Assembly (NCBI GenBank): GCA_965199955.1
Contig: CBDATQ010000002.1
Location: 1,120,001-1,184,000, forward strand
Direction: 5' to 3'
DNA from: Spirochaetia bacterium
GTDB lineage: Bacteria; Spirochaetota; Spirochaetia; SZUA-6; Bin103
Length of the DNA stretch: 64,000 nucleotides
How positions within the stretch are numbered: position 1 is the first letter of the stretch; each line of letters begins with the position of its first letter. A model generated the notes under the pieces. That model worked only from the letters and a program-made list of their open reading frames with translations, had not been told where the DNA came from and searched no databases. Shown in pieces: positions 52,239 to 61,032 of the stretch. The position numbers were made by a program, and so were the translations under genes.

Positions 52239-52632
52239 TCAGTCGTGGGCGGCGGGGGACAGCGACGCGAGGTCATCGGGCAGGTTGCCGTCGGCGTCGA
52301 AGGGGAGAGGCCGCGGGGTCGGTGAGCACGTCCAGGTCGTCGCGGCTGCGCGCCTCGTCCCAGTAGGCGGCGGCGCACTCGACCTCGCCCAGGTCCAGGG
52401 TGTGGTGGACCCAGATCAGCCGGGCGTCCGGCGGCTCGGTCAGACGATCTCGGTCAGCACCACCTGCAGCAGCTCGGCGTCCGTCTCGAAGTCGACCGGC
52501 AGCATCGCGCCGGTGTAGTGGTCGCTGGTCGAAGTCCGGGAGGCGCGGTCCCAGGGCGGCAGCCACGCGGGCCGTGCGGCCGTAGGCGTTCTCGACGATG
52601 CCGAACGCGGAACACCTGTGGGTAGTCGATGA
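52239..52632 (-). pseudogene. Multiply deleted LarA/DUF2088-like relic
   Basis: DYPQVFRVR, FGIVENAYGRTA, LPVDFETD, HTLDL, PLPFDADGNL pieces in order but in different frames. Confidence 0.55.
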
Positions 52633-52645
52633 CGCCCTCCCGCCT

Positions 52646-53584
52646 CTACGAGGTCGCGGCTCCCTGCGCGGCCGGGCCCTCCGGCGTGGGCCGGAGGACC
52701 GGCATCGCGGCGGCTCCTCCGGCCTGCGAGGCGCGTTCCGCGGCGTCCAGGATGGCGATCACCTCCACCGCGTCCTCCAGCGGCACGGGCGTTGCGCCCC
52801 CAGCCAGGAACGGCACCAGCTCGCTGAGCATGGCCGTGTAGATCCCGGCCTGGTCCACGGTGTACGGCACGACGTCCTTGCCGCCGCGCAGCACGCCGCC
52901 GTAGCCGCTGCCGACGAACAGCTCCACCACGCCGGTGCCGCCGTCCGGGTACTCGACGACCAGGATCGCGTCCTCGCCCCAGCGGTGGGTCGAGACCGTG
53001 ATCGCCCCGCGGCCGATGGCGCGGACCAACATCTCCACCGCGTGCACGCCGTACCAGACGATCGAGCTGCCGGCGGCCGCGCGGTTGATGGGTCCGAAGG
53101 TGGTCACGTGGCGCGGCGCCGGCAGAGCGGCGCACGCGTCCTTGAGCCCGGCAGCGAACCGCAGGGACGAGGCGGAACAGATGCGAAGGTCGTGCTCTGC
53201 CGCGAGACGGGCGATCTCCAGTCCGGCGGCGAGGTCCTGAGCGAGCGGCTTGTCGAGAAACAGCGGCACGCCGAGGTCGGCGCAGCGCCGCACGTACTGC
53301 AGGTGGAGGCCCGGGTCGTTGATCTCGATAAGCACCGCGTCGGCGCCGGCGACCGCGGTGTCGAAGTCTTCGGTGACCTCCACGCCCCAGCCCTCCAGCT
53401 CCTGCTGACGGCCGTCCAGGCCGGCGTGGTCCTGGAAGGGGGTCTCGAAGCGCATGCAGCGGGTCACCGTGACGCCGGCGACGCGCTGCTCCGGGGGACA
53501 GTCGGGAGCCTGGAAGCGCCGCGTGAACTCGATAGTGTGGCTGGAGTCCAGCCCGATGATGCCGATGCGAAGGTCGTGAGCCAT
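52646..53584 (-). CDS. Gfo/Idh/MocA-family oxidoreductase
   Basis: RIGIIGLDSSH, FLDKPLA, SSLRF, WYGVH. Confidence 0.88.
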   Translation of the reverse strand: MAHDLRIGIIGLDSSHTIEFTRRFQAPDCPPEQRVAGVTVTRCMRFETPFQDHAGLDGRQQELEGWGVEVTEDFDTAVAGADAVLIEINDPGLHLQYVRRCADLGVPLFLDKPLAQDLAAGLEIARLAAEHDLRICSASSLRFAAGLKDACAALPAPRHVTTFGPINRAAAGSSIVWYGVHAVEMLVRAIGRGAITVSTHRWGEDAILVVEYPDGGTGVVELFVGSGYGGVLRGGKDVVPYTVDQAGIYTAMLSELVPFLAGGATPVPLEDAVEVIAILDAAERASQAGGAAAMPVLRPTPEGPAAQGAATS

Positions 53585-53754
53585 GATGGCACGCAGTCTA
53601 CACCGAGGCGGCCCCCGGACGAGTCACAGCCTGCGCATCCGCCGCACGACGTCGCCGAACGTATCCTGCGCGCACGTGTTCTGGTGCCGAGTGCGGCACG
53701 ACAGATCTCGATGAACACGCGCCTGCCTGCGCCGGCGCGTTGTACCATCCGAGT

Positions 53755-54375
53755 ATGGTGAAGGACGCAATCCGAACTGTGATCCTCAGTGCTCGTGCTC
53801 GAACGGTTCTCACGGTGCTGATGTTCACGGCCGCGCTCGGCACTGCCCAGACCACGCCAGCCAGCACGGAAGAGCCCGGTCCGCCGCCGTCTCCGACGCT
53901 GATCCAACTGGCCGACCCGCTCGACGAGCCGGAGTTCTACTGCGTGGACGTGCCAGGCTTCCGGGCAAGCCTCAATCTGGAAGGCGCGCTGACCGCGCAC
54001 ACCTGCAAGCCGGCAGCGGAGGACGAACTGTTCACCGTCGGCCATCCGTTGGCAGGCAATCTGTACATGCTGGCCTACGACCGATGCGTCGAAGCCGACG
54101 GCGCCACGGACGGGGCGGAGCTCTACCTCACGGCCTGTGCGGACGAGCCGCTGCAGCGGTTCATGCTCACGGACGACGGTCAGCTTCGGCTGGGCGCCGC
54201 AGAGGGAAGCGCGGCCGACACGGCGTACTGCCTGGCGGTCGAGCCCGGCGAGGGCCAACCGACCGGCGGCCCGAGCCATCTGCGCCGTGGTCTGCTCCTC
54301 ACGCCATGCGCGGAGGCCGACCCCAGCCTGACTCGGTGGACCTTCCCCGGCATGCGGCCGGAGGCGCAACAGTAG
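53755..54375 (+). CDS. Secreted ricin-B (beta-trefoil) lectin-like protein
   Basis: Signal peptide; YCVDV..HTCK, RCVEA..LTAC..QRF, YCLAV..LTPC..RW triple repeat. Confidence 0.65.
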   Translation: MVKDAIRTVILSARARTVLTVLMFTAALGTAQTTPASTEEPGPPPSPTLIQLADPLDEPEFYCVDVPGFRASLNLEGALTAHTCKPAAEDELFTVGHPLAGNLYMLAYDRCVEADGATDGAELYLTACADEPLQRFMLTDDGQLRLGAAEGSAADTAYCLAVEPGEGQPTGGPSHLRRGLLLTPCAEADPSLTRWTFPGMRPEAQQ

Positions 54376-54694
54376 CGCTCAGCGTCACGACGGCCGGTCC
54401 CCGGGCGCGCCCTCCAGTCATTCGGCGACTGCATCGGAGTCGATCCGGGCTCCGTGTCGTCGCAAGAGGTCGATGATGGCTGCGGACCGTACGGCGTGGC
54501 TCGGCTCGAGTGCGCAGCAGGGCCGAGATGGTGCCTTTCGGCGGGAGTCGCTCACTCGCCGGTGTACGCGCACACATCACACCACCTCCGCCCGAGAGTA
54601 CTGCACTGCAGGGACGCAAGGGGGATTCGGGACCAGCCGTGCCGCCAAGCCTACGCTCATGCGGGCACCCCGGGCGTGACGTTGTCGGCAGCCG

Positions 54695-54745
54695 GTTGCC
54701 CGTCGCCGGCCGCAGTCATACGATCGCCGCGGAGGTTCCGATGCC
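54695..54745 (+). promoter_or_regulatory. Promoter-RBS-start module, copy 1
   Basis: TTGCCC-N17-TACGAT, GGAGG, ATG; 40 bp (54706-54745) repeated at 55132-55171. Confidence 0.7.
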
Positions 54746-54971
54746 TGACGTGCGTCATCCCGCGCACACCTATACCGCTGTCGTCGAGCGCTGTCCGGAC
54801 ACCGGCTTCTACGTCGGCTACGTCCCCGGGTTCCCCGGCGCGCACAGTCAGGGGGAGACGATCGACGAGCTGTCCGAGAACCTCAAGGAAGTCATCTCCA
54901 TGCTCCTCGACGACGGCGAGCCCGCCATGGAGGCCGAGTACGTCGGCACCAGGACCATCGTCGTAACGTGA
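54741..54971 (+). CDS. hicB: HicB-family antitoxin (short)
   Basis: YTAVVERCPDTGFYVGYVPGFPGAHSQGETIDELSENLKEVI. Confidence 0.88.
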   Translation: MPDVRHPAHTYTAVVERCPDTGFYVGYVPGFPGAHSQGETIDELSENLKEVISMLLDDGEPAMEAEYVGTRTIVVT

Positions 54972-55107
54972 GCGAGGCGTGCCGCCCGTCGGCCGTGGCA
55001 CGACCGTGCCCGTTCACCGCGGCCGAGATGCCTCACCTGTTCTCCTCCGCCGCATCGCGCGCGACATCGGCATGACGGTGCAGCAGTTCGCCGAGCGTCG
55101 CCGATAG
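54968..55107 (+). pseudogene. hicA: HicA toxin relic lacking N-terminal half
   Basis: GRGTTVPVHRGRD..LLRRIARDIGMT; GSH motif absent. Confidence 0.75.
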
Positions 55108-55166
55108 GCCCGCTCGGGCGGTTGCTCGGAACCGGCCGCAGTCATACGATCGCCGTGGAGGTTCCG

Positions 55167-56519
55167 ATGCCCACTACAGCCGTTGATACCGATACCGTCG
55201 TAGCGCAGCGCCCGGCGCTGCTCGGCGGTCCGCCTGCACTTGACCCGGCGACCGTCCCGGACGACCTGTTCACCTGGCCGATCATTACCGAGGAAGACGA
55301 GCAGGCCGTCCTGGAAGTGCTGAACTCCGGGCGCATGTCCGGATTCGACATCACCAAGCAGTTCGAGGCGGAGTTCGCCGAGTGGCAGGGCGTGGACTAC
55401 GTGCTGGCCCACAACACCGGCACCGGCTCCATCCAGGCGGCGCTGTACGCCCTGGGCGTGCGCGCCGGGGACGAGGTGGTCTGCCAGAGTACGACCTACT
55501 GGGCATCGTGCGGGCCGGCGCTGTCGCTCGGCGCCACGGTCCGCTTCGCCGACATCGACCCGGTCACGCTGTGCATCGACCCCGCGGACCTGGAGCGCCG
55601 CCTGACGCCGCGCACCAAGGTCGTGATCGTCGTCCACTACTGCGGCCACCCCGCCGACATGGACGCGGTGCTGGCCATCACGGAGCCGCGCGGCATCGCC
55701 GTGATGGAGGATGTCTCACACGCCCACGGCGCGCTGTACCGGGGACGCAAGGTCGGCACCTTCGGCGCCGTCGCGGCGATGTCGGTGATGAGCGGCAAGG
55801 CGCTGCCGGCCGGAGAAGGCGGCGTCATGGTGACCCAGGACCGCGGCATGTACGAGCGCGCCCTCGCCTGGGGCCACTATTCGCGCGGGCAGCGCGAGCT
55901 CACCGATCCCGAGCTGGTCCGTACCTCCGGCATCGCGCTGGGCGGCTACAAGTACCGGATGCAGCAGCTCAACGCCACGATCGGGCGCGGGCAGCTCCGC
56001 CACTACGACGACCGCGAGCGTGAGATCAGGTCCGCCATGAACCGGTTCTGGGACCTGCTCGACGACTGTCCCGGCATCCGCGGACACCGCGTCGACGAGG
56101 CGACCGGCAGCACCATGGGCGGCTGGTACAACCCGCACGGCCTGTACGCGCCAGAGGAGCTGGGAGGACTCTCCCTGACGCGCTTCCTGGATGCACTGGC
56201 GGCGGAGGGGGTAGGGCGCCTCGGCGTCGGCATCAACATGCCGCTGCACCTGCACCCGCTGTTCCGCGACGTCGACGTGTACGGCCGGGGAGCCCCCACC
56301 AACGCGCAGGCCACCGACGACCTGCCCGTGGCAGAGGGCATCCACGCGCGCACCTTCCACGTGCCGTGGTTCAAGCACGACCGCGCGGAGGTGATCGAGC
56401 GCTACGCCATGGCGTTCCGCAAGGTGATCGCCCACGCGGACGAGCTGCGCGCCGGGGACACGGGCAACCCGCCCGGCTTCGGCATGTGGCCCGGCCTGCA
56501 GCCGTCGGCGGTCACATGA
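55167..56519 (+). CDS. DegT/DnrJ/EryC1/StrS PLP aminotransferase
   Basis: GDEVV, VHYCGHPADMD, EDVSHAHG, SGKALPAGEGG, GYKYRM. Confidence 0.92.
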   Translation: MPTTAVDTDTVVAQRPALLGGPPALDPATVPDDLFTWPIITEEDEQAVLEVLNSGRMSGFDITKQFEAEFAEWQGVDYVLAHNTGTGSIQAALYALGVRAGDEVVCQSTTYWASCGPALSLGATVRFADIDPVTLCIDPADLERRLTPRTKVVIVVHYCGHPADMDAVLAITEPRGIAVMEDVSHAHGALYRGRKVGTFGAVAAMSVMSGKALPAGEGGVMVTQDRGMYERALAWGHYSRGQRELTDPELVRTSGIALGGYKYRMQQLNATIGRGQLRHYDDREREIRSAMNRFWDLLDDCPGIRGHRVDEATGSTMGGWYNPHGLYAPEELGGLSLTRFLDALAAEGVGRLGVGINMPLHLHPLFRDVDVYGRGAPTNAQATDDLPVAEGIHARTFHVPWFKHDRAEVIERYAMAFRKVIAHADELRAGDTGNPPGFGMWPGLQPSAVT

Positions 56520-58036
56520 CCGCCGCGTTCCGCGCCGAGCGCGAGGCCCTCAAGCGCCGCCGCCGGCGGATCATCCTCAACAACGACGGCAACGAACCGG
56601 TCTACCTGATCGAGGCCCCGACCGAGGAGGAGCTGCTCAAGTACCGCACCGGCCCGCTGGCCGGGTCGCAGGTGGATACCGTGTTCTATGCGACGTGGTG
56701 CTCGGGCTTCACGATGTTCACGCACCTGACCAGGGTGGGGCAGCTCTTCACCGTCGAAGGCGAGTGGTACAACCGCAACATGATGGCGGCACTGGCGGAG
56801 GCCGGCATCGATCCGCTGCGCGTGATGAACGACTTCATCCACGAACAGGGCAGGGAGGTCTTCTGGTCGCTGCGCATGAACGACACGCACGACAGCCAGG
56901 GGGCCGACTACTCCGCCGAAATGTTCGCGGCCAACGACTTCAAGCAGGCCCATCCGGAGTACCTGCTGGCCACCCCGGAGACGCGCCCTCGGTACGGCGG
57001 CTGGTCGGCGGTCGACTTCGCGGAGCCGGAGGTGCGCGAGCTGACCTTCCGGTTCGTGGAGGAGGTCTGCCTCAACTACGACGTGGACGGGGTCGAGCTC
57101 GACTTCTACCGGCACCCGGTCTTCTTTCGTGAGCCGGCCCGCGGCTTTCCCGCAGGCGGCGTGGAACGAGACCTGATGACCGACCTGGTGAGCCGCATCC
57201 GCCGCATGACCGAGGAGGTCGGCCAGCGCCGCGGCCGCCCGATCCTGGTGGCAGCGCGCCTGCCGGACTCCGTGCCCTACTGCCGGGCGATCGGCCTCGA
57301 CCTCGAACGGTGGCTGGCCGATGATCTGCTGGACCTGCTGATCCCCGCCGGCTACCTGAAGCTCAACCCGTGGGAGACCTCCGTGGAGCTGGGACACCGC
57401 TACGGCGCCATGGTCTACCCGGCCCTGGACGAGTCGCGCGTGAACGAGCCGGGCACGGCCGACGTCAAGACCGGAACCTTCAGCACGCCGCGCGGCGGAG
57501 ACGCCTCCTACCGGGCGCGCGCCGCCAACGTCTGGCGCGCGGGGGCCGACGGCGTGTACCTGTACAACTTCTTCAACCCGTCCAGCCCCATCCTGCGTCA
57601 GCTCGGCGAGATGGAGACGATCCGGAGCGCCGAGCGGCGCTACTTCGTGAGCGTGCGCGGCGTGGCGCGGGTGGCCGGCGACGGCTTCCCGCACGAGAGC
57701 TACCTGCGCGTGCCGACCCTCACACCGCAGCATCCGCGGCAGCTCTTCCCGAGTCGGCCGGTCGCGGAGTACCTGACGGTGGGCGAGGACCCGCGCACGG
57801 AGCCGCGGGCTGGCTCGGCGGCGGTGGAGCTGCGCATCTGGAACGCCGGCGCGGACCAAGTCGCCGCTGCGGTCAACGGTCAGGCGCTTGCGTTGCAGGC
57901 AGGCGAGGGCGACCTGGCGACGGCGGCCGTCGAGCCGGACACGATCGTCCCCGGGGCGAACCGGATCGAGGTCACCCTGGACGCCGCCGCCACGCGGCCG
58001 GCGCTGCTGGCCGACGCTCGGATCCTGCTGGCATAG
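56516..58036 (+). CDS. GHL10-like TIM-barrel putative glycoside hydrolase
   Basis: NNDGN, SLRMNDTHD, DFAEPEVR, DVDGVELDFYRHP, GADGVYLYN. Confidence 0.75.
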   Translation: MTAAFRAEREALKRRRRRIILNNDGNEPVYLIEAPTEEELLKYRTGPLAGSQVDTVFYATWCSGFTMFTHLTRVGQLFTVEGEWYNRNMMAALAEAGIDPLRVMNDFIHEQGREVFWSLRMNDTHDSQGADYSAEMFAANDFKQAHPEYLLATPETRPRYGGWSAVDFAEPEVRELTFRFVEEVCLNYDVDGVELDFYRHPVFFREPARGFPAGGVERDLMTDLVSRIRRMTEEVGQRRGRPILVAARLPDSVPYCRAIGLDLERWLADDLLDLLIPAGYLKLNPWETSVELGHRYGAMVYPALDESRVNEPGTADVKTGTFSTPRGGDASYRARAANVWRAGADGVYLYNFFNPSSPILRQLGEMETIRSAERRYFVSVRGVARVAGDGFPHESYLRVPTLTPQHPRQLFPSRPVAEYLTVGEDPRTEPRAGSAAVELRIWNAGADQVAAAVNGQALALQAGEGDLATAAVEPDTIVPGANRIEVTLDAAATRPALLADARILLA

Positions 58037-58083
58037 AGCACCGCCCGGCTGGCGCGCTCAGCCATCGCGGTCCGTGCCGGCCC

Positions 58084-58300
58084 GTGAGCGGGTTGCGCCA
58101 GCGAACGTCCCGCAGGCGGCCGAATTCGGTGTCGTCGCGCAGACCCAGGGGTCGAGCGCGCACCTGGAAGCCCTCAGTATCCTCGGGGACTCGCCTCAAG
58201 CCGTTGCGGACTGTTTCGTTCAGGGTCGCCTTGAAGCTGCGCTGGGAGCGACGCATCTCCTCGCGGATCATCTGCTCGGCGTCGTCATCGAGCGCAACGT
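58084..58300 (-). pseudogene. VapB-like antitoxin fused to last residues of a deleted VapC
   Basis: ALDDDAEQMI..SFKATLNETVRNGL..PLGLR then VRWRNPL (PIN C-terminal motif). Confidence 0.55.
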
Positions 58301-58409
58301 GCCTGCGAGCTGCACGGAACGCGAACGAAAAGAAAGGGGAGCGGCCTTGCAGCCACTCCCCTGTGTGATCCGTCGGGATCTCTTGTCCGGATCGTGATCC
58401 GGCCGGGAC

Positions 58410-60051
58410 TCAGTAGACCCACCGTCCCTGGCGAAACTCCTCGACGATCGGCGCCTTGGCGAGCTCGGCGACGATGTCGGCGCCGCCGGCATCGCTCCAC
58501 GCCTGCACGTAGGCGTCCCACTCGGCGTCGACGTCGATCTGGCCGGTGATCCCCTTGTAGAAGAACTCGCTCCACATCGTGTTCAGCGTGGACATGAAGC
58601 GCTGGCGCAGGTCTTCGAAGTCGGTCTCGGTGCGGAAGTCGGCGCGGTGCGACCGAGTAGTGTACACGTTGACGCCGCCGTCCACCAATGCGTAGCCGCT
58701 CTGGAAGTCGGCCAGGGGTCTGGGCGCGATGATCTTCAACCGGTCCAGGGTATAGAACACCGGATAGACCGAAAGCCGGCCGTGGCCGGCGCCCTCAGGG
58801 AGCTCGTCCTCCGTCCGTTCGCGCGCGAACGACTCGAAGGGCTCGCCGTCCCAGTCGAAGTGGACGCCTTCCTTGCCATTGCGGAAGATGATCCAGCCCT
58901 CCATCGTGCCCATGTAGAAGTCGAGCATCTCCAGCATTTTCTTCAGCTTGGCGTCCGACACCGAGTCGCTGGCATAGAACTTGTAATTGCCGACGCCGGC
59001 GATCGAGGAATAGGCGCGCCCGCCGCGTTCGCCGCCAGGACCGATGATCGGCGGGATGCCCACCACCTCGGCGCCGGGCTGACCGAGCTCGTCGTCAGGA
59101 ACCATGTTGTTGGGTGTGCGGTACATGGCATATGTCTGGCCCGCGTTGGTGTACGGCTCCGACTGCACGCCGTACAGGCCGGCCTGCCCCTTCTCCCAGT
59201 ACTTGTCGCGGTTCAGGGTGGGGAGCTCGCGATCGACCAGCCCCTCGGCGAACCATGCGCCGAACGCCTTGATGAACTCCTTCATCCCCGGGTCGGTATG
59301 GAAGTAGTAGAGCTGGCCGTCGACCTCACGGTTGGTGCCGTCGCCACGGATTCCGAACGCGCCTCACCCACTGGTTGAGGCACCAGTGGGTGAGGTTGCA
59401 TGCGCCCAGGGGAATCTCGACGGTGCCGGGCTTTACGTCGCGAAAGCCGCGCAGCAGGTCGCCCATCTCGTCCCAAGTCATGTCGTATTCGTAGTAATGG
59501 ACCCGGCCGTACACGTCCAGCGAAACCTTGCCGTCGTCATAGCCGGGCATTTCGAGGCCCGCCTCGGTGGCGCGGTCGTAGCGGAAGAACGGCAGCATCA
59601 GGTTGCCGTCGGTGTTCAGGGAGATGCCGTTGATCGCCAGCAACTCGTCGGGGTTGTCGGGATTCTCCCAGGTGTTCCATGCCAGCGGGTAGTCGTCGTA
59701 CATCTGGGAGATGTTGGGCGCGTACTCGCGGACCCACTCCTTGGGTATGGCGCGCGTCACTCCGTCCTGATAGAACTCGACGGGATTGCCCCAGAAGTTG
59801 CCGAAGTCCGGCTGCTCGCCGGCGGCCAGCATGGCTTGGCGCTTCTCACCGTCGTTCTCGAAGATCTAGTTGCTGGTGACCGTCACGCCGAAGCGTTCCT
59901 GCATGTCCTTGTAGGCGTAGGAGTCGGCGTACTGACTCATCCACGTCATCTCGGTGACGTCGGCCGCGGCCTCGTCCTGGCCTTCGGCCCACAGGGCCAT
60001 CGGCGCCAGCAGCAGCGCTGCGGCGCATGTCGCGAACAGTACTCGTTTCAT
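58410..60051 (-). pseudogene. Solute-binding protein with in-frame TAG (59866-59868) and frameshift (~59366)
   Basis: Signal peptide WAEGQDE; same frame continues IFEND..MLAAGEQPD; C-terminal EWDAYVQAWSDAGG. Confidence 0.82.
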
Positions 60052-60126
60052 TCGTACCACCTTGTGAAGAGTTTGGCGCCGTCCGGCGCCTCCGGCGACA
60101 ACGCGCCGGGATTTGGATCCTTCATC

Positions 60127-61032
60127 TTAGCCCTTGAGCCCGCCTACGAAAATGCCCTTGACGAAATAGCGCTGCAGAAACGGGTAGGCCAGCACGATCG
60201 GGCCGATGGTCAACAGCATCACCGCGGCGCGCACCGCCTTGGTGGGCACGATGATGCCCATCAGGTCCTGCCAGTCCAGCTTGTCGAACAACTCGTCCGA
60301 GGTAAGCAGGAACATCATGCGCCGCAGGATGAGCTGCAGGACCAGCTTGGATTCGCTATTGATGAAGAGCAGCGCGTGAAACCACTCGTTCCAGTGGAAC
60401 ACCGCTGCCCACAGGGCGATCACCGCTAGCACCGGCTTGGAAAGCGGCAGCACGACGCGCGTCAGGATCTGCAGGTAGTTGGCGCCGTCAATGAAAGCCG
60501 CCTCCTCGTACGCGTCGTCGACGGTCATCAGGAAATTTCGCATGATCAGGATGTAGAAGCCGTTGGCCATGCTGGGCAGGATCAGCGCCCAACGCGAATT
60601 GAGCAGCCCCACGCCGCGCACCACCAGATACAAGGTGATGAAGCCGCCGGAGAAGACCATCGTGATCAGGATCACGACGGTCATGACAGTCCTGCCTGGC
60701 AATCGTTTCTTGGACAGCGGATAGGCGGCGGCCACCGTGGCAACCAGGATCGCGGCAGTGCCGAGCACGGTGCGGAGGATCGAATTGCCGTACGCCTGCA
60801 CTACATCGCCGTAGCTGGACAGGGCGAACCGGTAGGTCGCGATGCTCCACTCGCGGGTCCAGAGCTTCAACCCCAGGTGGTTGGCCCATTCGTTGGGGGT
60901 GAACGACAACACCAGCATGATCCAGAACGGCACCAGGATCGACAGCGCAAACAGCGCTATGAGCAGCGTGTTGACCAAGTCGAAGGCGACCCCTCCCGCG
61001 CTCCGTCGCCGCAGTACATGCGCTTCGGCCAT
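60127..61032 (-). CDS. Carbohydrate ABC permease
   Basis: YEEAAFIDGAN, VLPLSKP, HWNEW, YPFLQRYFVKG. Confidence 0.92.
   Translation of the reverse strand: MAEAHVLRRRSAGGVAFDLVNTLLIALFALSILVPFWIMLVLSFTPNEWANHLGLKLWTREWSIATYRFALSSYGDVVQAYGNSILRTVLGTAAILVATVAAAYPLSKKRLPGRTVMTVVILITMVFSGGFITLYLVVRGVGLLNSRWALILPSMANGFYILIMRNFLMTVDDAYEEAAFIDGANYLQILTRVVLPLSKPVLAVIALWAAVFHWNEWFHALLFINSESKLVLQLILRRMMFLLTSDELFDKLDWQDLMGIIVPTKAVRAAVMLLTIGPIVLAYPFLQRYFVKGIFVGGLKG

Noticed and set aside
49245..59868. In-frame TAG codons as amber recoding
   Set aside because: TAG ends many intact genes here, and both affected genes carry other lesions; nonsense mutation is simpler.
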